The notes under the pieces: generated by a model
Databases searched by the model: none
Told to the model about the DNA's origin: nothing
The model's input: only the letters and a program-made list of their open reading frames with translations
Shown: piece by piece, positions 24,247 to 34,026 of the stretch
Layout: each line of letters begins with the position of its first letter
Numbering within the stretch: position 1 is the first letter of the stretch
Made by a program: the position numbers and the translations under genes
From: an uncultured virus (IMG/VR IMGVR_UViG_3300022198_000011)
Lineage: Duplodnaviria > Heunggongvirae > Uroviricota > Caudoviricetes
Strand: one strand, 5' to 3'
IMG/VR virus record: IMGVR_UViG_3300022198_000011
DNA length: 64,000 nucleotides

Positions 24247-25473
24247 ATGTGGGGGTCGGCACTTATCGAGGATGATTTTGTCATCAAGGCTGAAGTCCCC
24301 TATCAAGAGGAAGTTGTCGAGGCTATTCGTAAGACCTACCGTTTCGCTCCTAACGGCGACGGGTGGTTTGAGGCGAAGATGAATTGCACTGCGGACCAGT
24401 TGGTAAAGCGACTACGCAAGGCTCGTCGTCACAACAAAGACACGAGTGGTGATATTGACGCTTTTATTGATGACATCCGAACCATCAAGGCGTTGGAAAC
24501 CGAACTTACCATTCGCAACCTCTCGTGGGCTGACGGCATGGAGCACTGCATCAAAGGACTCGGACTGTCTGACAGGTCCCTTAAGCACCTGCGTCAATTT
24601 GGCGAATCCCGAGCAGTGTCGCTTCAAAAAGCCTGTAGCCTTTGGGAGAAGGCTGAGGCTACGATGAAGATGCTCGATGAGCATGAGGATGTGTGGGGTG
24701 AGGAAGAGCAACAAGCGTGGGCGTCGGCTATGCGTGACCGCAGCGACGCACGAAAAATGTGGCGCACGGCTTTGTTCCAGTCTGACAAACTCACCAAGGC
24801 CGAAGTGTCCTACCTTGAGTTCGTAGCCGAACAACTGAAGAAAGGGCCAATGCAAGTCAGCGACCTGCAAGAAGACATGAATGAAGCGGGGCTAATCCGC
24901 AAGTCATTCACAACCCGCAAGTTCACCACGCTTCTCAACATGTATGGTGAAGAGTTCGACATCATCAAAGGAGCGGAGCGTGGCTCGTATGTCCGTGTCA
25001 CCAACGAAGGTCTTGTCTTGAAGGATGTGTGGGCTTACGGTGCTGGGTTCCTTGACGCAGACGGTTACATCACCATTACCGAGCGTGGGGAGCCTCGTGC
25101 TGGAATGATTGCGACAGGGGAGAGGGGTCGTGTTCACTGTGAAGACCTCTACAAAACGATGGACTGCGGCGTCCTGCAACTGGACAACAAGGTTCACAAG
25201 AACTCCACTCGTAGTCAACATCGACTGCAATTCTATTCCAAGGCAGACCTCCGTAAGTTTCTGAACGGGGTCTTGCCTCATCTCAAAATGAAGGGCACGC
25301 AGGCAAAGGCCGTCCTCGCCTTCATTGACGAGGCAGACCCCGTGAGAAAGGAAGAACTGAAACGCTTGGTTCGTTTCAAAAATTGGGAAGATGACGCCAA
25401 GAAGTCGTCCGAACTGCTTAATTCGTGGGGCGTTGACGCCGATACCATCGGCAAGTATGCGGAGGGTCTGTGA
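24247..25473 (+). CDS. Protein with a C-terminal LAGLIDADG endonuclease-like domain
   Basis: WAYGAGFLDADGYITI, then typical LAGLIDADG strands and FLNGVLPHLKMK; about 260-aa unrelated N-terminus. Confidence 0.8.
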   Translation: MWGSALIEDDFVIKAEVPYQEEVVEAIRKTYRFAPNGDGWFEAKMNCTADQLVKRLRKARRHNKDTSGDIDAFIDDIRTIKALETELTIRNLSWADGMEHCIKGLGLSDRSLKHLRQFGESRAVSLQKACSLWEKAEATMKMLDEHEDVWGEEEQQAWASAMRDRSDARKMWRTALFQSDKLTKAEVSYLEFVAEQLKKGPMQVSDLQEDMNEAGLIRKSFTTRKFTTLLNMYGEEFDIIKGAERGSYVRVTNEGLVLKDVWAYGAGFLDADGYITITERGEPRAGMIATGERGRVHCEDLYKTMDCGVLQLDNKVHKNSTRSQHRLQFYSKADLRKFLNGVLPHLKMKGTQAKAVLAFIDEADPVRKEELKRLVRFKNWEDDAKKSSELLNSWGVDADTIGKYAEGL

Positions 25474-27179
25474 TGGCGGAAGAAGAGCAAGGACCAGTTA
25501 GCCGATTCCTTTCAGCGTTGGCGAACCCGTTCCGCCGTCGAACGACGCCTCAACCGCAGATGCCTCTCTACACAACGGGCATTCAAGAGCCTGTGTTGGC
25601 GCAAGGTATCACTCTCCCAGCCCTCTACGCTGTGAGTCAAGAGAACCTCATTCTGCGAACGGTGCAGTCAAAATTGCGACAGGAGATTTTCCGTCGTGGT
25701 TATCACTGGGAGAAGAAGTTTCGTAAGAAGTGCGTTGAGTGCGAAGAGGAGTTTCACCACGACATCGAGATGTGCAAAACCTGTGGTGGAGAGGTTCGTT
25801 CCCCCGACCCTGAGCAAGTCATCTACCCGAAGTGGCTGCTTGAACAGGAGAACGCTATGGAGCAGACCTTCATGCAAGTGCTCGGTGAGATTGAGAACGA
25901 CCTTAACATCGTCGACGATGCCTTCCTTCTTCTCATCAAGGAATACTATGTCGACCCTGACTCGGGTGAAATTGCCTTTTACCGCGTCAAGGAAATCGTT
26001 CGAGGTGACCCTGTTTTCATGCGTATCATCGCCGACAAGCGCGGTGTCCGTGGCGGGCGTTACAAGATTTGCCGCCTTCACCGCGACCAAGTCGCCTATC
26101 CCGGTCAAGAACCCAAGTGTCAAACTTGCGGCTCTCGCCTCGTTGATGCTCATTATGTCAACATGGCGGGAAGCGGTAAGAACCAGTATTTTACGAAAGG
26201 TGAAGTCATTCATCTGAGCAAATACAACCCAAGCAAACTCTACGGTCGCGCTCCTGTCAACACCATGTGGCGTCAAGCCATGAGCCTCACAGCCATGGAC
26301 AACTACATCTACACGGCTTACCAAAAGCGGCGCACACCTAAGGGTATCATCTCCGTGACTACGGACAACCTTGAGTCAATGAAGTCGTTTTGGAAGTCCG
26401 TTGACGAGAAAATGGAGCGTGACCCCCACTATGTGCCTAAGGTCGGTATTGAGTCATCCTCCGGTCGCGGTGGAGTCAACTGGGTCAAGTTCATGGACAC
26501 GCTGGAAGAGATGCAATACATCGCCGTGCGTGACGAGATTCGTAACCGTATCGCTGCCTTCTACGGCGTGTCGAGCATTTTCATGATTGACAACGGGAAG
26601 TCCGGTGGGTTGAACAACGAGGGTTTGCAGATTCTTGTGACCAACCGTGCTGTTGAGTTTGGACAAAAGGTCTACACCGAAAACCTGTTTCCTCGCATGC
26701 TCAAAGAGATGGATGTCACCGATTGGAAACTGACGCTCTACCCCAACGAGGAAGAGGATGAAATCACTCGCCTACGCCGTGACGAGATGGAAGTCAACCT
26801 TGCTCAGCGGATGGCGATGCTGGGCTATAAGCCCGAGTTGCTTGAAGAAGGTGACCGAGACATCCGTTTCGTCTACCGTAAGCAGCCCGGAGGTGAGGAA
26901 CAGGCTGCGGCGGGTCAACAGATGCCCGGTCAAATGCCCATGCAAGGTGCACCTCCTCAAGTTGCCGGTGCTCAAGGTATGCCTCCAATGCCCCCGTCGC
27001 AACCCGGCGGTGAGGGTATGGGTATTCGCACACCACGCTCTCCAGCAAGCCCGCAGGCACGCTCGTCAGCAGGCTCAGGTTCGCCGCTGTCAAGCGTTCA
27101 GCAGCGTGGAATGCCTCCCGGCATTCAGCAACAAAACAGCGATGCGATGTTGAACTCCCGCATGCCTCGGGGTCAGTAA
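25473..27179 (+). CDS. Portal protein with zinc-ribbon insertions
   Basis: EVIH...LYGRAP, PKGII, EMQYIAVR..I...IAAFYGV; CVEC/CKTC and CRLH/CQTC; Gln/Pro-rich tail; lies between terL and the protease. Confidence 0.88.
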   Translation: MAEEEQGPVSRFLSALANPFRRRTTPQPQMPLYTTGIQEPVLAQGITLPALYAVSQENLILRTVQSKLRQEIFRRGYHWEKKFRKKCVECEEEFHHDIEMCKTCGGEVRSPDPEQVIYPKWLLEQENAMEQTFMQVLGEIENDLNIVDDAFLLLIKEYYVDPDSGEIAFYRVKEIVRGDPVFMRIIADKRGVRGGRYKICRLHRDQVAYPGQEPKCQTCGSRLVDAHYVNMAGSGKNQYFTKGEVIHLSKYNPSKLYGRAPVNTMWRQAMSLTAMDNYIYTAYQKRRTPKGIISVTTDNLESMKSFWKSVDEKMERDPHYVPKVGIESSSGRGGVNWVKFMDTLEEMQYIAVRDEIRNRIAAFYGVSSIFMIDNGKSGGLNNEGLQILVTNRAVEFGQKVYTENLFPRMLKEMDVTDWKLTLYPNEEEDEITRLRRDEMEVNLAQRMAMLGYKPELLEEGDRDIRFVYRKQPGGEEQAAAGQQMPGQMPMQGAPPQVAGAQGMPPMPPSQPGGEGMGIRTPRSPASPQARSSAGSGSPLSSVQQRGMPPGIQQQNSDAMLNSRMPRGQ

Positions 27180-27223
27180 CCTCTTTTAATGCGGCATCAC
27201 TACGAAGGACGAGAGGGGAAAAG

Positions 27224-27577
27224 ATGGACCTACTGAAGATGCACCCAATGGCCCGCAAAATGGCTGTGCACAGCGAGGCTTTCGCTAAGGCACTGGAAGA
27301 AGGAAACGCTAACGAGGCCCAAGGTCACATTAACGAAGTCATCAAGTTCGCAGGCTACTTGTCTGAGGACATCCACAGCGCCATCGTGAAGAGTGAGCGT
27401 GAAACCGTTGACTTCGGCACGGTCAACCCCATGCTGCAAAAAATGAATGAGACGGGTCAGAAGTTCGATGTCACCCAGCGTGACGCCGTTCTCCCCGGCA
27501 CCGTCATCGCAGCCCGCACTCACCGCAACATGAGCGTTCACCGTGGAACCTTCGGTCGCTTCGTCCCCGATTCTTGA
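27224..27577 (+). CDS. Hypothetical head-region protein
   Basis: TTTTAATG at 27184 and a purine-rich SD; starts MDLLK. Confidence 0.7.
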   Translation: MDLLKMHPMARKMAVHSEAFAKALEEGNANEAQGHINEVIKFAGYLSEDIHSAIVKSERETVDFGTVNPMLQKMNETGQKFDVTQRDAVLPGTVIAARTHRNMSVHRGTFGRFVPDS

Positions 27578-27586
27578 GGTGAATAG

Positions 27587-27916
27587 ATGAGCGAAGAAAC
27601 TTCGGCTACTGAGCGACTTATGACGACGCTCATCTCTAAAATGGAGAGCATGGACAGCGACCTTCAGTCTCTAAAGCACGAAAACGCTCTTCTTCGCAAG
27701 GCCATTCGTGACCCATCCGCTCTTCTCCGCAAGGCTGGCTTTGTCTCTTCCGCTACTCCGTTGACTGAAGGTGTCGAAGTTGATGCTTTCCGAGCCAACG
27801 ATGACGCTATCATCAAGGGCCACAACGAGTTCTCTAACTCTCAGATTCATCAAATGACATGGGATGAAATCCATGAGATGGCCGAGCAGGCCAAAAACAC
27901 TGAGGTGACCGCATGA
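27587..27916 (+). CDS. Coiled-coil scaffold-like protein
   Basis: GAGGTGA SD; C-terminal MTWDEIHEMA resembles MSWEEVHQLA at the end of the protease/scaffold. Confidence 0.7.
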   Translation: MSEETSATERLMTTLISKMESMDSDLQSLKHENALLRKAIRDPSALLRKAGFVSSATPLTEGVEVDAFRANDDAIIKGHNEFSNSQIHQMTWDEIHEMAEQAKNTEVTA

Positions 27917-28551
27917 AGCCTATTCCCTCCCCCAGCAGCCGTGAAGCCCAAGACCTCCTGAACAAAGCCCAACGCCTTCTTGAGAAAGCAGACGAGTTGG
28001 AAAAGGCCAAGTGTGACTGCGGCAAAGAGCCTTGTGAGTGTAAGGACTGTCCTAAGTGTGGCTCTAAGATGAAAGCAGGCGGCTCTTGCATGAAAGCAGG
28101 TTGCTCTAATGTTAGCAAGGCCCAGCCCGGTTACAACACCACCTTCAACTCTGAACCTCAGAACATTATGTTTGCTGCTGAAAGCGGTGGTCAAACTCGC
28201 AACGCCTACTACAATACCAACCAGCATGAATACACCGGCACGGATGTTACCAACAAAGGTGCAACTTCTGAATCCGTGAACTTCGAGTCACTGGGTCAAC
28301 AGATGAATCCTCATCACGACAGCGTTCCTCGCCAAGTCGAGAACGGCACGCTCTCTAAAGCCGAGGAAGCCTTGGCCAAAGCCAAAGATGAACTCGTAAA
28401 AGCCATGTGTGAACAGTGCGGTGGTAACCAGTTCACTGGTTGCCGCTTCGGCTTCGGTGATGATTGCCCCGGTCTTGAAGGCACGACTGAAATGGGCGAA
28501 GGAGAGAGGGACGACTACCATCCGTCAGAATACATGCGTAGCCGCTATTGA
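27913..28551 (+). CDS. Cys-rich hypothetical head-region protein
   Basis: GAGGTGA SD; CDCGKEPCECKDCPKCG; many xxKA motifs. Confidence 0.7.
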   Translation: MKPIPSPSSREAQDLLNKAQRLLEKADELEKAKCDCGKEPCECKDCPKCGSKMKAGGSCMKAGCSNVSKAQPGYNTTFNSEPQNIMFAAESGGQTRNAYYNTNQHEYTGTDVTNKGATSESVNFESLGQQMNPHHDSVPRQVENGTLSKAEEALAKAKDELVKAMCEQCGGNQFTGCRFGFGDDCPGLEGTTEMGEGERDDYHPSEYMRSRY

Positions 28552-28564
28552 CGGTGGTGTGAAT

Positions 28565-31500
28565 GTGCGAGAAGATGCTACTGACTGGTATCTCCGAGCA
28601 CGCTCAGACCTGTTGAAGTCCATTCTCGATGAACTCGACTACGAGAACGCAGTCGCCAACTTCGTTTTCGCCAGTGAAAACCTTGAGCGTCACGGCTACG
28701 AGGTGATGAAGGGGGCTGATGATTTCATCTGTGACATCGTAGCGAAGGAAGAACTCGATAGGTTGTCTGTTAATAGAGGGCGAGAGGCTCGTCGGGAACA
28801 GCGTCGTGCTGAGCGCGAAGGCATGGTTGAGCGAGGTCGTGAGCGCCAAGGACGCGTCTCCTACTACAGTGCAGGTCGCCTTGCTGATACCATTCCTGCT
28901 CATCATTGGACTGGGCGTTTCAATGAGGCCAGCGTTCACGATTTTGTTTCGCTGTGGCCTAAGGCTGATTTTCAGTCCCATGCGCTTTACCCTAACGACC
29001 ATCCTTTCCAAGAGGAACATCACCCCTTGCTTCAGAAAAATGTCGTGAACGGCTTGCCTGCCTACATCGAAACACTGCGTGACTTATACCTCCCTCCCGC
29101 TCCCGGCCGCCCATCCTTGGCTCAACAGTTAAAGCAACAAGAATCGCTGCAAGAAGAACATCATCGCAAGAAAGGTAACATGAACATAGTGGGACACAAA
29201 GACCCCTACAGCGGAGAGGTGACACATCCCTTTGCCGGTCCTTTACATGACAGTCATCTCCACGACCTCTACTTGCATAATCTTGAAGACTGGAAGCAGG
29301 AGAATCCCGGCACGGTAAAGGCACTCATTGAGCAATACCCCGACCCCGAGGAACATGACTTCGCCATCGCTCAAGCGCACATGGACGACGCCATTCAGGG
29401 TTGGATGAACAAAGAGCCTGACATGAACGGTCTACGCACTTCCCTTGGATGGGGTGGTTACAACCTTGGCCTTGAATGGCTTAAGCCAGCGGACCGAAAC
29501 GCCGTCGTCAAGCACTTGCAGGAGAAGGGCTCTCTTAGGAGCAGTGACGATGTGCAAAAAATTACTCTTAGCGACGGTCGCAAGGTTTCGACAGGGCGCA
29601 TAAAACGCAACATCGCTCATCGCTTTACACCTGAGTTCTTTCACAAAATGCGCGGTCAACTCCACACTTCACAGAATCAACGCAAACACATGGAAGGAGA
29701 AGACGACATTCGTGACATGAAAGACCACGCTTACGAAATCCTCCATACGGCTCTCAACGAAACACCCCATGATGAACACGGGACAATGGCGCAAGCCATT
29801 CTCAGTGCACTCAATGAGAAGCACGACGATGGGGGTGAACCGCTCACACATCTTAGTGCCTTGAAGAGTTTTAGCCAGTTAAAGGGTCACTTGGCGAGTA
29901 GCACTCCACTCGATTCGATGCGCAACGCTGAACAGTCAGAAAAGCAAGGCGTCAATGAAGCCGCATTGAAACACTTGCTCGGTTACAAACAAAACAAGGA
30001 TGGCTCCTTTGAGTTCACTGGTAAGGGTCACTTTTCCGAAGACGAGAGCCCGCTTTCCCTTGAAGACTTAAAGAAACTTGAGCAGGGTAAAGCAGAAGCG
30101 TTCAATGAATTATTCAAACACAAGGGTGTGCGGAATGTAGATTCCCACTCTTACTTGGGTTTCAACGGCCCTCGTGACGAGGCCATTCCTGAGGATGAGG
30201 CTGACCTGTGGGTGCGCACGCCTCATGGGACGGTCGGCAACGGTGCAATTTTTCACCTGCCTTACATCCGTGGCGGTGGTGGTCGTGACCCTCTTGCTCA
30301 TCTTGAGATGCTCCATGATTGGATGCCGAAAGACAAAAGCGGTGAAAGCCTGATTGGTCATATCAGTCAAGACGGTATCATTACTCCCAGTCGCAAAAAC
30401 AGCGGTATGTTTGCTCGATATGTCCCACCTGTGCGTGGCCATGGGATGAAAGGCGACACTCACGCTGGGGCTCAATCGCTATGGGATGCTTCCACTCACC
30501 AAAAATACGGATTCGGGATGGGGATTCGCTACCGCTCTCGCAATACGAAAAACACACCGTATGTCGGCCACTCCACTCTTGACCCTGAAACAGCAAACAT
30601 ACTCGGACCTCTCACACCTGATGAGCGTAAAAGTTTGATTGGAAGTGAGAGGCCTACCCACAGGTTGGAAGAACATCCAACCTCTTCTCACAACCCTATC
30701 ATGTCCGCTGGTGAAGTTGGGAGTGAAACTCGACATCGTCACAATGCCCGTCTCACACATAACATCACAACTCGCCTCGGTCGATTGCACCCGCCTCACG
30801 ACCCTGCTGATTTCATCATGTTGCGTCACGACCAACTGTCGCAACCAAAGTTTGAGCAGGCTCGCTCTCACGACCCCACCAACCCGCAGGTCTTTTCCAA
30901 CTTCCATGGTTTGACTGGACGGAGCGTGATTGAAACCCCGATGCGGGCCAGTCAGGAATACCAAGAGCAAGTCGAGATAGCCATGGAGGAAGTTTCGCAA
31001 CTCGAAGACTTGGTTGAGTCGTTCGCAGGTGCCGAAGAGGAGGTGCCTGAAGACTTGATGGAACGACTGGCTGAAGCAAAGTCCAATCTCCGTCACCTCG
31101 AAGAAGTTGAGGGGATGCGAGAAAAGACAGGAAGGGCCTACAAGTATGCGCATCAGCAGTTTGATGAGAAGATGGGTGCTGACCTACAAGCCATCACCGA
31201 GATGGCGAAGCGGCTCAAACCAATCATGGAGAAGGCAGACCCTACGGCCTTTGACCCTACGAATAAACTGAAGTTTCTCGCAAACACCTCTCGTCTGTTC
31301 TACGACGCTAACCGCATGCTGATGCGAGTGCCGCATGATACACATGGTTTGACTACCTATGGACCGGGTTTGGATGAGGAAGAGCGTGAATCTGCCAGCG
31401 CTGTTGCTTCAAAAGTAACCGGTGAAACCATTGTTCCTCATCGTAACATGCTCACCAGTGTCATGCAACATGGCGTTGACATTACCCGTGACATGAGCAC

Positions 31501-33982
31501 TGAAGATGTGATGCAGGCGCTTGGCTTCCACTTTGATGAGGAAGACCCACTACATGAACAGCACAAGAGACTCGCTGAACAGGTGCGTGACTCTGCACCT
31601 GAAGACGGTGGACTTCGGGCGATGACTCACGGGACTTTGCTCAGCACCGGAATGCAATTTCACCCTCGTGGTCAGGACATCTCGCTGTCGCATGACAAGC
31701 ACATTAACCACATTGAGGAGTTTGACCGAGTCTATGACAATGAGCCTGTTGTTCAACGCTACCGTGAGGCTGAGCGTCAAAAAGCAGCCACGGGTCGAAT
31801 GGCTGAGGACTCGAAGGGGAAGAGCACGAAAGGATTGAGCGATTGGGTAAAGACTGCTTACGGTGGAAAACTCGGCGTCATCCCTCGCTTGTTCAGTCGT
31901 GGTTATGAGGAAGAAGCAGCCAAGTATGGTCTGACTCGCCATCCTATGGGCCCTGTCAAAGACCCACGGAATAGTGCGCTTAAAGAGAGTGTGAAGTCAC
32001 TGATTCACGATGTAGTGACAGTGAACCCTGCTGTCATTGACAAGGACCTTCTTATCAAACCTCAAATTGACACCGACACGACTCGACAGACAGTGCTGAA
32101 TCGTCAACATGGTCGCCCTATTCACCCCGCTACCTCTCTTAAGGGGGCCAACATCGGGGACTACTATGTCAGTGGCGGTATGGAACACGGTTATCGACAG
32201 CAACCGACGGTGGGTGTGGAATGGGATGGTAAGAAGTTCGTTGGTGGAACAAACATGCCGAACCAGCAGTTCCTTCATTCAGTTCAGCGACCTTTGCTCA
32301 ACGAGATTCATGGTGAAGAGATAGTCAATCAAGCACTTGCTGGGCCCGGTCAAGTGATGAGCGTGCCCAACGCCATCACCCCTTCCATTGAACAAGGAGG
32401 TCGAGCGGAGTCTGACATCCCTGTGGATGTCGCTAAGTCTCTCGTGGCTTTGATGGACCCGGATGTTCTCATCAAGAACGATGGTAAGAAGCCGATGCCG
32501 ATTCTCCCGATGCACCGTATCTTCTCTCTCAAAGACTTCGAGGCCCTCCGTGGTTTTAGTGGTGAGTGGGCTGTGTCAATGTTGCCTGAAGGCGAGCGTT
32601 TCATTGTTCGCCGCAAGGGTGGTCACATTACAGCCTACGACACCGAAGGTGATGTTCCGCTGTCTTCGGAAGACAAAACACAGTTCAAGGCCATGAGTGA
32701 AAAGAACTGGATGTTGGACGCTGTGCGCCATGGTGATGAAATCCACATCGTGGACATTATCGAATACGATGATTCCAACATCGCTGACATGAATGTCCGT
32801 GAGCGACTAAAGGTCCTGCGAGGACAGTTTGACAGTCACGAGCACATCATCGTTCCCGGCCCTCATAATCTACGCTTGACCGATGACGAAGGTCTACCTT
32901 CAGTGGTCGAGAGCCTTAGCAAAGAAGACGGGCGCATACTGTTGCGTGACGCTACTTCAACTTACATGCGTGGTGAGCGTCGTCATCCGAAGTGGTTCTT
33001 GCTCCGTCCTGACAAGAAAGTCAGCCTGATAATTCTCGATGTTCGAGGTAAGGGTCCCTACACCTACCGCTTGGGAGCAGGACCATTGGATGCCGAAGGA
33101 TTGGGTAACCGTGGTGTAGAATACGAAGGTGAATCCTACCTCGATGTCGGCACAGTCACCAGTCCAAAGCCATTCAACGAAGGTGATGTTGTCAGTGTCT
33201 CAGTGTCGGGTGTTAAGTCCAAAAAGCGTGGCGATAAGACCATCTACGATGTTACGGCTTCCAAGGTGACTGGTGAAAGCGATGACGCTCCTGTTTCATT
33301 GGAGACGCTTTCGCTATTGACCAAGTCCCATCCTGTTATCCCCGTTCACTTTTCGGTAGACATTGAAGAAGACCGTCTCATCCTGACCTTCCCTGAAGTC
33401 GACACTGTTGTCTACAAAATGGAAACGGGCACCCATGGGACTTGGGCACACTCACCAAAGTCAACAATTGGTGAACTTCAAGGTAGTGAATACCCGTTGT
33501 TGCTGGCTGAAAGCGTTCGACCTCTATGGTCGCCCGCTGCTTCACTGATGATGAAGGGCGTTAAACCCGAGAAGATGGAAGAGGGCAGAAGCATGGCTGA
33601 GCCCAAAGAACGAGAGCAGGCTGAGGAAGAATCAGCAGGCGTTATTGAGGCTGACGATGCAGAAACAGTGCTCAAGCCGAAGAAAGTTGAAGTTATGGCC
33701 AAGACCCTACTACGCATCGCTGACATCGTTGACCGTCTTGAGAAGGAAAAGATGACCGGTGGTCCCGGTGCCCGTGGTATGGGGATTGATGTTGGGTCCG
33801 GTATCGAATCGCCTCGTGGCCCTACAAGCCTCACATCTGAACAATCCATTCCTGACTGGGACATGTTGGACCGTCCTACGGAGGACCCGGAGCCGGAATA
33901 CCCGAGCGCCCGTAGCAAGAGACTGAAAGAGAAAAATGGAGCGCAGTCATTCGCTTATGAAGCAGAATCGGAAAATGAATGA
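28565..33982 (+). CDS. About 1805-aa protein with a C-terminal degenerate ATP-dependent DNA ligase-like domain (NTase plus OB fold)
   Basis: GGTGGTG SD before GTG 28565; ligase-like motif order SMLPEGER / MLDAV / IVDII / ERLKVL / RILLRD / YMRGERRHPKW, then an OB-like region. Confidence 0.72.
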   Translation: MREDATDWYLRARSDLLKSILDELDYENAVANFVFASENLERHGYEVMKGADDFICDIVAKEELDRLSVNRGREARREQRRAEREGMVERGRERQGRVSYYSAGRLADTIPAHHWTGRFNEASVHDFVSLWPKADFQSHALYPNDHPFQEEHHPLLQKNVVNGLPAYIETLRDLYLPPAPGRPSLAQQLKQQESLQEEHHRKKGNMNIVGHKDPYSGEVTHPFAGPLHDSHLHDLYLHNLEDWKQENPGTVKALIEQYPDPEEHDFAIAQAHMDDAIQGWMNKEPDMNGLRTSLGWGGYNLGLEWLKPADRNAVVKHLQEKGSLRSSDDVQKITLSDGRKVSTGRIKRNIAHRFTPEFFHKMRGQLHTSQNQRKHMEGEDDIRDMKDHAYEILHTALNETPHDEHGTMAQAILSALNEKHDDGGEPLTHLSALKSFSQLKGHLASSTPLDSMRNAEQSEKQGVNEAALKHLLGYKQNKDGSFEFTGKGHFSEDESPLSLEDLKKLEQGKAEAFNELFKHKGVRNVDSHSYLGFNGPRDEAIPEDEADLWVRTPHGTVGNGAIFHLPYIRGGGGRDPLAHLEMLHDWMPKDKSGESLIGHISQDGIITPSRKNSGMFARYVPPVRGHGMKGDTHAGAQSLWDASTHQKYGFGMGIRYRSRNTKNTPYVGHSTLDPETANILGPLTPDERKSLIGSERPTHRLEEHPTSSHNPIMSAGEVGSETRHRHNARLTHNITTRLGRLHPPHDPADFIMLRHDQLSQPKFEQARSHDPTNPQVFSNFHGLTGRSVIETPMRASQEYQEQVEIAMEEVSQLEDLVESFAGAEEEVPEDLMERLAEAKSNLRHLEEVEGMREKTGRAYKYAHQQFDEKMGADLQAITEMAKRLKPIMEKADPTAFDPTNKLKFLANTSRLFYDANRMLMRVPHDTHGLTTYGPGLDEEERESASAVASKVTGETIVPHRNMLTSVMQHGVDITRDMSTEDVMQALGFHFDEEDPLHEQHKRLAEQVRDSAPEDGGLRAMTHGTLLSTGMQFHPRGQDISLSHDKHINHIEEFDRVYDNEPVVQRYREAERQKAATGRMAEDSKGKSTKGLSDWVKTAYGGKLGVIPRLFSRGYEEEAAKYGLTRHPMGPVKDPRNSALKESVKSLIHDVVTVNPAVIDKDLLIKPQIDTDTTRQTVLNRQHGRPIHPATSLKGANIGDYYVSGGMEHGYRQQPTVGVEWDGKKFVGGTNMPNQQFLHSVQRPLLNEIHGEEIVNQALAGPGQVMSVPNAITPSIEQGGRAESDIPVDVAKSLVALMDPDVLIKNDGKKPMPILPMHRIFSLKDFEALRGFSGEWAVSMLPEGERFIVRRKGGHITAYDTEGDVPLSSEDKTQFKAMSEKNWMLDAVRHGDEIHIVDIIEYDDSNIADMNVRERLKVLRGQFDSHEHIIVPGPHNLRLTDDEGLPSVVESLSKEDGRILLRDATSTYMRGERRHPKWFLLRPDKKVSLIILDVRGKGPYTYRLGAGPLDAEGLGNRGVEYEGESYLDVGTVTSPKPFNEGDVVSVSVSGVKSKKRGDKTIYDVTASKVTGESDDAPVSLETLSLLTKSHPVIPVHFSVDIEEDRLILTFPEVDTVVYKMETGTHGTWAHSPKSTIGELQGSEYPLLLAESVRPLWSPAASLMMKGVKPEKMEEGRSMAEPKEREQAEEESAGVIEADDAETVLKPKKVEVMAKTLLRIADIVDRLEKEKMTGGPGARGMGIDVGSGIESPRGPTSLTSEQSIPDWDMLDRPTEDPEPEYPSARSKRLKEKNGAQSFAYEAESENE

Positions 33983-34026
33983 TGCCGCTTTATTTATGTA
34001 GGAGAGCAAACAGAGGGGTGGTTAGT

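Noticed and set aside
24247..27179. Intein or group I intron associated with the LAGLIDADG domain
   Set aside because: No Cys/Ser-start or His-Asn-end splicing motifs, and the terminase and portal ORFs are uninterrupted
28409..28564. N-terminal 52 aa of the 1857-aa ORF call
   Set aside because: It overlaps the preceding gene; the SD-preceded GTG at 28565 is more plausible
32480..33300. Functional DNA ligase call
   Set aside because: The motif I lysine and other catalytic residues appear to be missing; reported as degenerate instead
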